NCBI GenBank assembly: GCA_030167865.1
Contig: JALAGF010000333.1
Span: 1-64,000, forward strand
Reading direction: 5' to 3'
Source of the DNA: Craspedostauros australis
Taxonomy: Eukaryota
DNA: 64,000 nucleotides
Under the pieces are notes generated by a model. The model was not told the DNA's origin. It made no database searches and saw only the letters and a program-made list of their open reading frames with translations. This document shows, piece by piece, positions 43,942 through 54,794 of this stretch (position 1 is its first letter; each line of letters opens with the position of its first letter). The translations under genes were made by a program, and so were the position numbers.

Positions 43942-44427
43942 AGAGAAAGAGATGAAGCTGTTTGGACATCATCTTGGCTTGCCAGCTGCACTGGCAGCTG
44001 CGTCCAGAACAAGTAAGAGTACTTGCTATGACTAACAATGCACAATATTGTAAATACATAATGTTTACCGATTGCAGCTAGCTTCCTTCCCATTGTGTTC
44101 TCGTATGACAACAGCCTTCGACTACGAAGTGCTGCGGCCGCAAAGTTGTGTCCGCAGTTTGGACCAAGGTGCTGCAACTCTCCCCTCAGCTGTCCTTCTT
44201 CCTCTCCGCCAGCAACGGATTTGTTCGCCCACTGGCCAAGCGCACCAGCAAAACACTGAGGGGTGCGACCAAGCTCATCTTCATCTCTGCTGGCATGACT
44301 GTTCCTCTCGCCCAACACTGATACGAACACGATGGAGGCGTGGTCATCGCCAAAGCCAGCATCAGCACACAAATGCAAGCGCCGCTCAATCCAAACCAAT
44401 TGTACCAGACCGTGACACCGTCGGACC

Positions 44428-45873
44428 ATGAATGCCCTCATCCACTACCACCAAACTGCCCACGCTCCCTACCGTAGCTTGGAGAGGGCCAAGGAATGGA
44501 GGCGAGAAAACCCAGATGCCGACGTCAACACGAATACCACCGATGATGGCTACACTTGGATTCACATGGCATCCAAAGAAGGACATTTGGATGTCGTGAG
44601 GTATTTCGTAGAGTCATGCAATGGTGACCCCACGGTGCCAAGCGACGATGGCACCACTGCGCTGCATTGCGCTTGTATCCATGGTTATCTGAATGTTGCA
44701 AAGTACCTGGTGGAAGTGTGTGGAGTAGACATCGACAAGCAAGCCAAGTCAGGAAATACTGCGCTTCATTCAGCATGTCGGCATGGCCGCTTGGCTGTCG
44801 TGAACTACCTGGTGGAATCTTGCAAAAGTGACCCGAACGCTGCCAACACTGACGGGGATACCCCGCTTCATCGTGCATGTCGCTTTGGCAATTCGAATGT
44901 CGCGAAGTATCTCCTCACGTCACGTAAAGCCAACATCGCCGTGCGCAACAACTCCAATCAAATCCCGCTGGACTACGCGAAGGTTTACCAGCGCACTGAT
45001 ATTCTCGCATTCTGGGCATCCCATTGCATGGATCTCCTCTCTGAACAGATGGAAGATACGCAGCAGCAAACTGCAGATGAAGCTTCAGATGAGGCTCCAG
45101 CAACAACTTCCGACGACCGCTCCGGCTTGTCCACCAAGATCGACATCGGCCAGGACCGACTCAACGCCATCCATACCGGGGCTTTGGCCGACGTCATCTT
45201 TTTGTGCGGTGAAGGCGACAAGCAAGAAGCAGTCAAGGCAAACAGTGCAGTTCTGCTCGTCACCGTACCATCCATCAAGGCGCTCATCGCATCTGGCATC
45301 AAAAATCAACCATCACCATCCAGGAGTCCTGGTGAAACGGTCGTCAGTACCACCGTCCCTCTCACCAGCCTTCATCCAAGGCATGTCCGATACGTCCTCA
45401 AGTGCATCTATTCAGGCGACGTATCCTTCGAAGATGGTTCCAGTATGACCGCGAAGGACAATCTCGAGCAGCTGGTACTCGTCGCCAACCAATTCGGCTT
45501 CTGGAGACTCAAGCTCATCATCGAGGCAGAGCTCGTCCACAAGCACCTCACAAACGCCACCATGATCGATCTGTTGCTCTTCGCTCATCGAAACAACTGT
45601 CTTTTGCTGAAGGAGGCAGCAGTCGCGATGGCATCCAAAGACGGCAATGTTTTGTTTGATCATCCCCATAGCGGCAAGCTGATTCCAGAAACTGCTCTGA
45701 TGGGGGAGATCTTCGCAAAGCGTCACGTAAACCCGGCAGTCATTGGTGCCACGGATGAGTATAGTTCCATGTCCATGATGGAGATGTACAAGGCGCTGGA
45801 TGAAGTGACCTTCACAACGATGGAATCGTACTTGGATCGAGCATCTTTGCTGGAATTCATGCGTACCCACTAA
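44428..45873 (+). CDS. Ankyrin repeat + BTB/POZ protein (copy 1)
   Basis: Ankyrin repeats (GTTALHCAC, GNTALHSAC, GDTPLHRAC). BTB ADVIFLCG..ANSAVL..VLKCIYSG..ANQFG..LKLIIEAEL. BACK-like helices LLLFA..NCLLLKEAA. Confidence 0.88.
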   Translation: MNALIHYHQTAHAPYRSLERAKEWRRENPDADVNTNTTDDGYTWIHMASKEGHLDVVRYFVESCNGDPTVPSDDGTTALHCACIHGYLNVAKYLVEVCGVDIDKQAKSGNTALHSACRHGRLAVVNYLVESCKSDPNAANTDGDTPLHRACRFGNSNVAKYLLTSRKANIAVRNNSNQIPLDYAKVYQRTDILAFWASHCMDLLSEQMEDTQQQTADEASDEAPATTSDDRSGLSTKIDIGQDRLNAIHTGALADVIFLCGEGDKQEAVKANSAVLLVTVPSIKALIASGIKNQPSPSRSPGETVVSTTVPLTSLHPRHVRYVLKCIYSGDVSFEDGSSMTAKDNLEQLVLVANQFGFWRLKLIIEAELVHKHLTNATMIDLLLFAHRNNCLLLKEAAVAMASKDGNVLFDHPHSGKLIPETALMGEIFAKRHVNPAVIGATDEYSSMSMMEMYKALDEVTFTTMESYLDRASLLEFMRTH

Positions 45874-46471
45874 GGTACGATTACACTACATATTACATAA
45901 TAGTATACGACGGAGTAGGAGATCGAGAGTTTGGCAATAGTGATGTACTAGCAGGACTCTCCGGAAGAAGCATGGGATGGTTGGAGATCTCTCTTGCTTC
46001 GTTTTCATTGTAAAAGCGTATTGGCGTGCGAAGCGCAGACAGAAATCCCCAGTCGTGCATGTACGCACACGACTTGGCGCGCCAAAAAGGAGAACTTGAC
46101 TCCGATTCTGGATTCGACGAATTTGTGGCTCTGGCAAGAATGGGAAACTTGTGGAGGGATTGCGGAGTGAATGTTGGCTGAAGACGGTGGTGATTGTGGC
46201 GACAGTGACAATGGTGGGAGTGATACTGGAGCGAGAGTCTTGCGCGATTTGCAACCAGAGTCTGTGATGGAGGAATGAATAGACAGAGAGCGCTCATGTG
46301 TGAGAGAAGCGCAGACTGGCGAATGGATCGTGTCGTTTCCACACTGTGATCTCAGCATCATATCGTCAAGAACACAAACAGGCAGGAGATCAGTGGACAG
46401 CGCATACCCAACAAGCAAAGGTCCACAACGCCACCACCGCAACCGCAACCACACCCGCAATCCTCGCAGCG

Positions 46472-48139
46472 ATGAAGACATTGGCAGCAATGAGCGAAAG
46501 AATGAGTCCGACCATCAGCGCGCGGTGTGATGAGGTCGGCAATAGTCGCATGACGGAATGCACCACCAACAGCGGCGCAGCCAAAAAGTATGGCCGCGAT
46601 AGCCCCTTGTTGCGCCCAACAGCACCGCTCCAACTTTCATCAACAAACCAATCATCGACATCCATCATTGCAACGCCGACCGTGCCCATACCACGGCCCA
46701 TGCCATCAACATCACTTGCGGCGGGAGCGATGGTGACAGCAGCAGCATCAACGGCTGGACACGCGCGAGCTTCACCGATGCCATTGCTACCGAACGAACT
46801 CCTGATTGAGCATGTCATGCCGTATCTTGATCGTCGCACCTTCGACAACTTCATGTGCGTCAACACTGAGACGTATCGATTGACGAGAATGGTGCGAATG
46901 GGACACACAGTATCCGCGATGCCACAACAACGAGTATCAAACGGGAGAATCACAAGCACAAGCACCAACACAAGCGCAACGACGCAAGCAGTGGCTGAAC
47001 CAAAACCACCGCTCGCGCCTCCGCCGTGGCCCCAGACACAGCTGGACATCTCTTCTGGCATCGCAGCGATAGCGTTCAACGCTGCTGCGGATATGCTGGC
47101 GTTGGGATGCAAAGACGGATCTGTCCGTTTGGTGAGCGTGCACTGGGGTAAGATCATGCGATGGAATGGACATGCCTCCAAGGTGACTTCGTTGCAGTTT
47201 TCGTCAGACTCACGGTTCCTGGCGTCCAGCAGCAAGGATGGGACCGTGCTGATCTGGGACATGCAACAGTGCCGGTCGCAACATCAACAGCAAAGGCAGC
47301 GGCGGTGCAAAACGCAGAGTCGTCGTCAGCAGACTGACAGTACTAGTGTACATGCCAGCTGCAACAACGTCGACAATGCCAACAACACAAAAGGATTCAA
47401 GCGCAAGGACGAGAATCATGGCAACTCTGAGATGAGGCCGATCGTCATCCCCAATGCTGGAACATCGATTTCATTCCATCCATCTGGAACGATACTGGCA
47501 TCTGCTGGGCTGGACGGCGGCTTGCAACTTTGGAACGTTCCCAATGGCAAGCGCGTCGGCGTGATGGAGCACACAGACGATGTGGCATCCATTGCATTCT
47601 CACCGTGCGGTCGACGCCTGGCATCGGCAACGTGGAAGGGATGTATACAACTGTGGGAATTATCATGGCGGTGTCAGTCGCAGTTGCATCACCGCTATCG
47701 CCATCACCTGCGCCAGCAGCAAGGAAGTCTGTGCCAACGGCCCGTACTGACTCCATCCACATGTTTGGGCATGGCTCTCCCATCCACGCAGGTTCAATTC
47801 TCGTCGGATGGACGATACCTGGATTGTTTGAAAGGTTTCCGCGTGCGACGATGGAGCATTCAGGACAAAACGACCGACACGCAATGTAAGATCATGTGCG
47901 GACGTCGCATGAATATGAGGGTGTGCTCAGTCGCCATGTCACCGGATTCCAAGCACATCGCGTACGGCGAATCCAATGGTGCCACCCATGTTTCCACGAT
48001 GGCGAATTCCATTTGCGACGCCACCATCCAACACACGATGCAAGCCGGCCAAGATAGATGCGTCTTTGCATTCACTCCAAACGGAAGGACGCTGGCGGCA
48101 GGTGGCGCGGATGGGCGGCTGTCGCTGTGGGAAATATGA
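46472..48139 (+). CDS. F-box-like + WD40 repeat protein
   Basis: First ATG at 46472. F-box-like LLPNELLIEHVMPYLDRR. WD40 repeats GHASKVTSLQFS..LASSSKDGTVLIWD, LASAGLDGGLQLWN, LAAGGADGRLSLWE. Confidence 0.85.
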   Translation: MKTLAAMSERMSPTISARCDEVGNSRMTECTTNSGAAKKYGRDSPLLRPTAPLQLSSTNQSSTSIIATPTVPIPRPMPSTSLAAGAMVTAAASTAGHARASPMPLLPNELLIEHVMPYLDRRTFDNFMCVNTETYRLTRMVRMGHTVSAMPQQRVSNGRITSTSTNTSATTQAVAEPKPPLAPPPWPQTQLDISSGIAAIAFNAAADMLALGCKDGSVRLVSVHWGKIMRWNGHASKVTSLQFSSDSRFLASSSKDGTVLIWDMQQCRSQHQQQRQRRCKTQSRRQQTDSTSVHASCNNVDNANNTKGFKRKDENHGNSEMRPIVIPNAGTSISFHPSGTILASAGLDGGLQLWNVPNGKRVGVMEHTDDVASIAFSPCGRRLASATWKGCIQLWELSWRCQSQLHHRYRHHLRQQQGSLCQRPVLTPSTCLGMALPSTQVQFSSDGRYLDCLKGFRVRRWSIQDKTTDTQCKIMCGRRMNMRVCSVAMSPDSKHIAYGESNGATHVSTMANSICDATIQHTMQAGQDRCVFAFTPNGRTLAAGGADGRLSLWEI

Positions 48140-49741
48140 CGGCATAGTCGGCGCTTGGAACATGAAGTATGGAGCATGGAAATGGGCGTGGCGAGAAAGA
48201 CAAGAGATAAAGATAGAGGGCCTTTTGCGATCGGAGCATTCACGCCATGTGATGAAGCGGCAAGATAGAGCTCTGCGGATGGGTAGCTCGGAGAGTATCG
48301 GTAGCCCACTCTCGTCTCAACACGGCATCGAGTATTGCGTGGAATATGATGTCACAAGATCGCCAGCGTACGATCTACTCTCTGGTATCGGATACATATA
48401 CTTGTGCATAGGCGACTGCGGGATGCTGTCTCCCCGTGCGAGAATCAAGATGGTGACACTCCAGAGATTTCTTTCCAAGATCGACCCACAAATCCAAACC
48501 CACCCAATCCGCATCAAACAGAACAACACAGCAATCAACAAGAGGGAGCATGGGTCTGGTTGACCCCAACACCCAAACGCCGCTCGCAGTGGCCAAGGCA
48601 ATGGGCGACAACGGCATCGTCCAATGCTTCGCTTATCATTTCTTCAACCCCCTCCCGTTGCAATTAAGACTGGTAGGTAGGGGATAGGCCTGCTCATTCT
48701 GCATCTCGCTGGACATTGACGATCGTGGTGTCCGCTCTTGATGCCTTGTGTATCCTCGTACTGGTAGATGAAGCGGAAGAGTTAAAGACAGCAAACACAT
48801 GGTACTCAGACTCAGACCCATACGTGTAGGAGTACGGAGAGGGTTGGACAAGACAGGGACGAAGTGAACCGAAGTACATGGGCCGTTGTGGCCCACGATC
48901 CGAGACGATCGCTGTCGTTTTTGTTGACGGGAGCGAAGCCGGATGCAAGAGAAGTCCTGAGTGATGGGAAAGATGCGTCAGTTGATTCTCGATGATGGGC
49001 GGCTGGAGACAAGCGAAAACATGACAAGGTATGATCGACCGTCAGTTTTGACGACTCAGAGATGAAGGTTTCGGACCGGAGTATTCCGCGATGACGAGAT
49101 CACCGCGTTATTCAGAACTGATTACTCGTATATCCGCGCCGCGTTTCGTGTTTTGTTGTATCCACGTTGGCGGAGGCGACAGTGTGGGCTCCAGTATACC
49201 AGTACAACAGACAACAGCAGATGCGATAGATGTGATTGTTTCCCACAAATCCGGTATCAGCCCAAGCTACATCAACTTCGTGTCGACTCACAAGCAACAA
49301 GCAGAGGAGGAGTAAGTGATCATCGACTGCACGAGAACCATGGCTACGCTTCTCGCTGTCCAAAGTGGAAGCGACGACGCTAACGCTTTGTGGTGTGCAT
49401 TGTGAAGTGTGATCTGTGTGTGTTCAGTCAGTGGATAGAGGAGGTATTCATATGCTTGTGGGACATGAAGGAATCCACCGAGCTGCTTCGGCATGCCACA
49501 AGCTTGACTCACAGCACTACACTGCACTCCCTCTTCGCTTCGCTTCATGTCCCTGGGCACGAGTATGACTACTCGTATATACATACCTTTTCAAATCTGC
49601 CAATATCCCTATCCCTGTGCTACATTTCTCCTTCGAAGAGAGATTGACGTGTGATCAGAAGTGAGGACATCGTAAACATCCTATTGCACGGAACGCTCAA
49701 GTCTACGATATCTCACAATCCACCACCCCCACCATTCCACG

Positions 49742-51232
49742 ATGTCAGTTGTTAGCAACCAGCAGCTCCTAAGTGCTGCGACACGAGGCAACCTGGAAAC
49801 CGTCAAGGAATGGAAGCGGCAAAACCCAAATGCCAACATCAACACAATTGTTGGTATGGATGGATATACTCCACTCCATGTTGCATGTTACGGTGGCCAT
49901 TTGGACGTCGTCAAGTATGTGGTGGAAACATGCAACGGTGACGCCACAACACCATCCAACGGAAATATCGGTGCGCTGCATCGGGCCTGCGTTAATGGCC
50001 ACATGGATGTTGTATTGTACCTGGTGGAATCTTGTGACATCGATGTCCATGCCCAATCCAAGCGTGGTAATACTGCGCTTCATTCGGCATGTCGGCATGG
50101 CCACTTGGATATTGTGAGATACCTCGCGGAATCTTCCAACATCCACCTTTCCATTGCAAACAACGATGGTGACACACCACTCCATCGTGCATGTCGATTT
50201 GGCAGTTTGGAAGTTGTGAAGTACCTCGTGAATTCACGCAACGCCAACATCACCTTGCTGAACAGTGACAAACAAACACCGCTGGACTTGGCAAAGGCAC
50301 ACAACTACACTCATGTCATCTCATTCTGGGCATCCCATTGCATGGATCTCCTCTCTGAACAGATGGAAGATACGCAGCAGCAAACTGCAGATGAAGCTTC
50401 AGATGAGGCTCCAGCAACAACTTCCGACAACCGCCGAGGCTTGTCCACCAAGATCAACATCGGCCAGGATCGACTCAACGCCATCCATACCGGGGCTTTG
50501 GCCGACATCATCTTTTTGTGTGGAGAGGGCGACAAGCAAGAAGCAGTCAAGGCAAACAGTGCAGTTCTGTTCGTCACCGTACCATCCATCAAAGCGCTCA
50601 TCGATTCCGGTATCAAAAATCAAACGCCAGCCCAATCCACTCCGACGTCGCCGCCAGCATGCGAGAACAGCGTTGATGCGGCCATCGGTACGACCATCCT
50701 GCTTCCAAACTCTTATCCAAAACATGTCCAATACGTCCTCAAGTGCATCTATTCAGGCGACGTATCCTTCGAAGATGGTTCCGAGATGACTGCAAAGGAT
50801 GATCTCAAGCAACTGGTACTTGTCGCCAACCAATTCGGCTTCTGGAGACTCAAGCTCATCATCGAGGCAGAGCTCGTCCACAAGCACCTCGCAAACGCCA
50901 CCATGATCGATCTGCTGCTCTTCGCCTATCAAAACAACTGTCTTGTGCTGAAGGAGGCAGCAATTGCGATGGTATCCAAAGACGGCAATGCTTTGTTTGA
51001 TCATCCGGGAGTCGGCGACTTGTGCGGACATGTGAAGTTGATGAAAGAGATCTGCGCAAAACGTCAAGGTAACTTGCCAGATGACGGTGTCACGGATGAG
51101 TATAGTTCCATGTCCATGATGGAGATGTACAAGGCACTGAGCGAAGAAGAATGCCTGCAGTTCGAATCGTACATGGATCGAGCCTCACTGTTGAAGCTTC
51201 TGCGTTCTCGCGGGTCGTCCAAAGCAGATTGA
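49742..51232 (+). CDS. Ankyrin repeat + BTB/POZ protein (copy 2)
   Basis: Same architecture as 44428-45873; BTB half near-identical at DNA level. Confidence 0.88.
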   Translation: MSVVSNQQLLSAATRGNLETVKEWKRQNPNANINTIVGMDGYTPLHVACYGGHLDVVKYVVETCNGDATTPSNGNIGALHRACVNGHMDVVLYLVESCDIDVHAQSKRGNTALHSACRHGHLDIVRYLAESSNIHLSIANNDGDTPLHRACRFGSLEVVKYLVNSRNANITLLNSDKQTPLDLAKAHNYTHVISFWASHCMDLLSEQMEDTQQQTADEASDEAPATTSDNRRGLSTKINIGQDRLNAIHTGALADIIFLCGEGDKQEAVKANSAVLFVTVPSIKALIDSGIKNQTPAQSTPTSPPACENSVDAAIGTTILLPNSYPKHVQYVLKCIYSGDVSFEDGSEMTAKDDLKQLVLVANQFGFWRLKLIIEAELVHKHLANATMIDLLLFAYQNNCLVLKEAAIAMVSKDGNALFDHPGVGDLCGHVKLMKEICAKRQGNLPDDGVTDEYSSMSMMEMYKALSEEECLQFESYMDRASLLKLLRSRGSSKAD

Positions 51233-51739
51233 AGACAAGGATGGGCAAATGAGTTCGCGAGAGCAGTGATCTTGAATTGTACTCGCAAGAACAGACCGAA
51301 AATGAGTATGGTGGTCTGGAGCGTGATGATATCACCCACATGGATCTACCAAAGTTAGACCAGATTTCCAACCGCTACGGCTGTGTCTTGGAGTGGCCAG
51401 CGTCGTGCAAGCGCACTGCAACGAAGTTCACAGATTTCTCTCTAGTTTTGGAATTTAGAATGCTCAGAAACTTGGCCAAAGTTTCAAAAGCTCGCTTTTG
51501 AGGAAAGTATCAACAATATTATTGCAAAAATAAACACAGTTTCTTGCACAACGACTTTTCTTCGTTTTGTGCATAAAATCTTACGCAGAACAGCCAAAAC
51601 ACTTCATCGCCATCCACCAACAAGATACGATTTCTAGCGTATCACCAGAATGCTCGTCTACAACAAACGGGGCGACACTCTTGCGACCTGCGCCGCTGCT
51701 CGGCGACTGATACTCTTCAACATTTCGCACAAAGCAACG

Positions 51740-52729
51740 ATGAGATCCTTGGTGCTGGGTGCTCATCGTGCCTTCCGGCATCGTTCTCATGCTGGACATG
51801 GTGCTCTGACTGTATGTTGCATGCAACCATGCATCACCAGTGCTTTCGGCGCCATCTCTCGCGACAACGAGCAACGCTGCGACAGCACCAACGCAAGCAC
51901 AGCCAGAGTCACAAGACGCTCGTTTGCTGTCGAAATCCGCTCGCCGCCAATATCGAACACGGACGTGATGGAGCGACCGGAGACTATTCTCCTCTTGGAA
52001 GATGAGCACTGCTTGCAGAGGCATGGATACATCAGGACGCTAAAGCTCTTGTGCTGCGAGGATCATTGCCAACATGACACCCTGCTGGAAAATGGATACT
52101 CGTACGGAAGGATTGAATTGCGCAGCGATGTCGACAATGGCACGCATCCGATGTCGGTGGAAGATTGCGTCAACGTTCTGAAGAATGATCTGATGGCAAT
52201 ACCGCATTCCATCCTCGTCACCAGAGGCCCCATGTCGAGTTGGTACGCCCAGCTGTATTTGGAAAGCGGCCCGCTTCATGGTCTTATCATGATTGATCCC
52301 ATCGACTTTTCAGACATGATGCTCGATAATGATACTGGCGACAACACCAGGCTGGCAATGAAGACGCTGCTTGGCAAGATGGAGGAGGGTACCAGTCAAT
52401 ATCACCAACTCAATTCCATGATGCAGAGCATCAAACCATCGAACGAAGACACGCAACAGCAGGAGGAGGGGCAACAAAGCCAATCAGCGGCAATGGCAGC
52501 GACAGCACAAGGGACGGAACGAGTGCTGAAATTGGAGCCAGGATCAGTCCCGATGATGATCTTCAGCGCGGAGTATGGCGAGACCTTCGAAAAGACGTCA
52601 CGCCAAGTTGCGGATCGCCATCGCAGCCCTGATGGGATGGATCAAGTTCGTCTTTATTACATGGAAGATGGCTTCAACGCGCTCACGATGGTGTCTCTGA
52701 TGATGAGGTGGTTAGATGACGAGCTGTGA
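51740..52729 (+). CDS. Alpha/beta-hydrolase-like protein, probably non-catalytic, possibly mitochondrial
   Basis: Arg-rich N-terminus MRSLVLGAHRAFRHRS (alternative ATG at 51650). ILVTRGPMSSWYAQLYLES.PLHGLIMIDP resembles the hydrolase strand-helix-strand core. Family call is inference. Confidence 0.55.
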   Translation: MRSLVLGAHRAFRHRSHAGHGALTVCCMQPCITSAFGAISRDNEQRCDSTNASTARVTRRSFAVEIRSPPISNTDVMERPETILLLEDEHCLQRHGYIRTLKLLCCEDHCQHDTLLENGYSYGRIELRSDVDNGTHPMSVEDCVNVLKNDLMAIPHSILVTRGPMSSWYAQLYLESGPLHGLIMIDPIDFSDMMLDNDTGDNTRLAMKTLLGKMEEGTSQYHQLNSMMQSIKPSNEDTQQQEEGQQSQSAAMAATAQGTERVLKLEPGSVPMMIFSAEYGETFEKTSRQVADRHRSPDGMDQVRLYYMEDGFNALTMVSLMMRWLDDEL

Positions 52730-53211
52730 TGTGGCTGGATCCGCGAACAGTCTCTGCATGCTGTTGTGCAATGCAGAATCATGCTCGCGAGAATCGAAAT
52801 AGAGTCGCTTCGAAGCATTCTGTAGAATAAAATGTGCAATACGATGTATTTTACTCCACATGAAGCAGTATCTTATTAATGGCAGAATGTAATGGATTGG
52901 CCCATACACCTACGAGCACTCCAGAGTCTGCGCATGGCTTGGGTTGGGCTGGTCCGTAGTGCGTGATTCGTCGTGCAAAGAGCCTCTTTTTGGGATGGAA
53001 AGAAACACGGGAACCAAATGGACAATCACTGTCGTGACTGAGCGATCTTCGTCTGTCGCGACCAGGCCAAACAAAAGATCCAACACCCGGCGTTCATTTC
53101 TTTTCATTTCATTGAACGTCACGCAAAGCACTCGCACACCTTTCATTTGATCGTCACCAAGCCATTACATTACGAACAATACCAACAGCACCGGCCGATA
53201 ACGAATCTACG

Positions 53212-54006
53212 ATGCGGCCGTCCATCCTTTCCATCGCACCCCTCCTGATAACAGTTACGCTGTCCCTGTGCCGTCGTCACCATGTTGCCGGCGCTTTCGT
53301 GAGCAGCCGCAATGGCATCACCACGACATCCGCCCAACGAATACTGCAGGACAGCAGACCCAGAATCGCGACAACAGCACAAGCGCCAACATCAACATCA
53401 ACGTCAACACGACGTCTATCAAGGATATCGATGTCGGCAGATGAATCGGTATCACAGACATCGCCGCCGTCGCAGCCATCGCCATCCGCGACGCCGCCGT
53501 GCATTCACCACGTCGCCATCAAAACAAGAAACATCACGAACGCGATGAGCTTTTACGGCCTGCTGGGCTTCGAAGAGACGACGCGATTCCGTGCCGGACC
53601 CGCCAAGGCGGCATGGTTGGAATTGTCCGGCAGCGCGGCGTGCCGCTTGGAATTGATCGAGGTCCCGCCCTTCCTGCTACCTGACAACGCGCGCGCCGTC
53701 AACCTGATGCAGCGTCAAGAATTGCTGGGACAGAATCATTTCGCCATGGACGTGACGCAGAGCATCGCGCAGGATGCGTCGCTGTCGAACCTGCAGGATT
53801 ACATCGCATCCATCAACCGCAAGAGCATCGAGACGTTCGGTAAAGCGCTGCGCATCGCATTGCAGCCGCAGCAGCAGATGATCGGCAACGGCGTGTTCGA
53901 GCTCGCATTTTTGTTTGACGCGGACGGGAGTTTGATCGAGCTACTGAACAAGCAGTCGGAGTTGGAACAAACCATCGCCTCAGGTTGGGAGCCGTGGATG
54001 GATTGA
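53212..54006 (+). CDS. Glyoxalase/VOC-family protein, predicted plastid-targeted
   Basis: Motifs IHHVAIKT..FYGLLGF, LELIE, NHFAMDV, FLFDADGSLIELL. Signal peptide then AGA-FVSS. Confidence 0.88.
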   Translation: MRPSILSIAPLLITVTLSLCRRHHVAGAFVSSRNGITTTSAQRILQDSRPRIATTAQAPTSTSTSTRRLSRISMSADESVSQTSPPSQPSPSATPPCIHHVAIKTRNITNAMSFYGLLGFEETTRFRAGPAKAAWLELSGSAACRLELIEVPPFLLPDNARAVNLMQRQELLGQNHFAMDVTQSIAQDASLSNLQDYIASINRKSIETFGKALRIALQPQQQMIGNGVFELAFLFDADGSLIELLNKQSELEQTIASGWEPWMD

Positions 54007-54794
54007 GAGCATTGGAGTAGTGGAGTGTGAGCATGGGGCTCGGTGCACGCCATGGGTTGCTTGCGTCATTCTCATCAGTCTACATTAATTGTGATGGTTA
54101 CAACAACGAGGTACTATCATGGTACCCGGATAGAGAGGTACTTTATTTGTCGTATATGTGAGGACATTGAGTATCGCTGCGACACGATTGATAGTGCGCA
54201 GAGGATGACGTGTCGTGAGGCAGTTCGAGGATTGGCTCGCGTTGACCACACGAATGACACAAGAGAGCAAAGTGGGCACGTTTCGTGACCGAGCGAGCAA
54301 CCGACGTCACACAATTGTCGAGACGTTGTCGGAACACTTGAATTCCGTGCCGACGTCGCTGACCTTCTTTGTGTGCCTTCCTTCCTTGATCTCTTGTGTT
54401 TGTTGTGTTTGTCTTGCTTGTTTGTTTTGGGTTGTTGACTTTCTCCGCCTGGATCCACCAGCTCACTCGATCATCCAATCGTATGCTGGGATTCGAACCA
54501 TCGTATGAACTCGTAGTCGCAAGCTGTTGTGGAAGAGCAGTCACATAGTTCGCGTTGGTCCCATTGCCTCGGCAACGTCAATGTCAACATCACAAGCGTC
54601 AAGGAGGTCAACATCAACGTTTTCAGCATCATCACATTTTCAATCATTGAGGAGCGATTGTGCATTCATTGCGCATTGAGGAATTGAATAGGACCATCAA
54701 AGAGGAGTCAAGAGAGAGGGAGAGAGAGAGATCATTGCATACATCCAACACTGTATTACATACACCGCTCCAGAATAATAGCAACAACCGAAAG

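Noticed and set aside
54485-54580. B-box-like GGTTCGAATCC on the minus strand with a weak upstream A-box (possible tRNA or SINE)
   Set aside because: T-stem and acceptor stem do not pair, and I could not build a cloverleaf.
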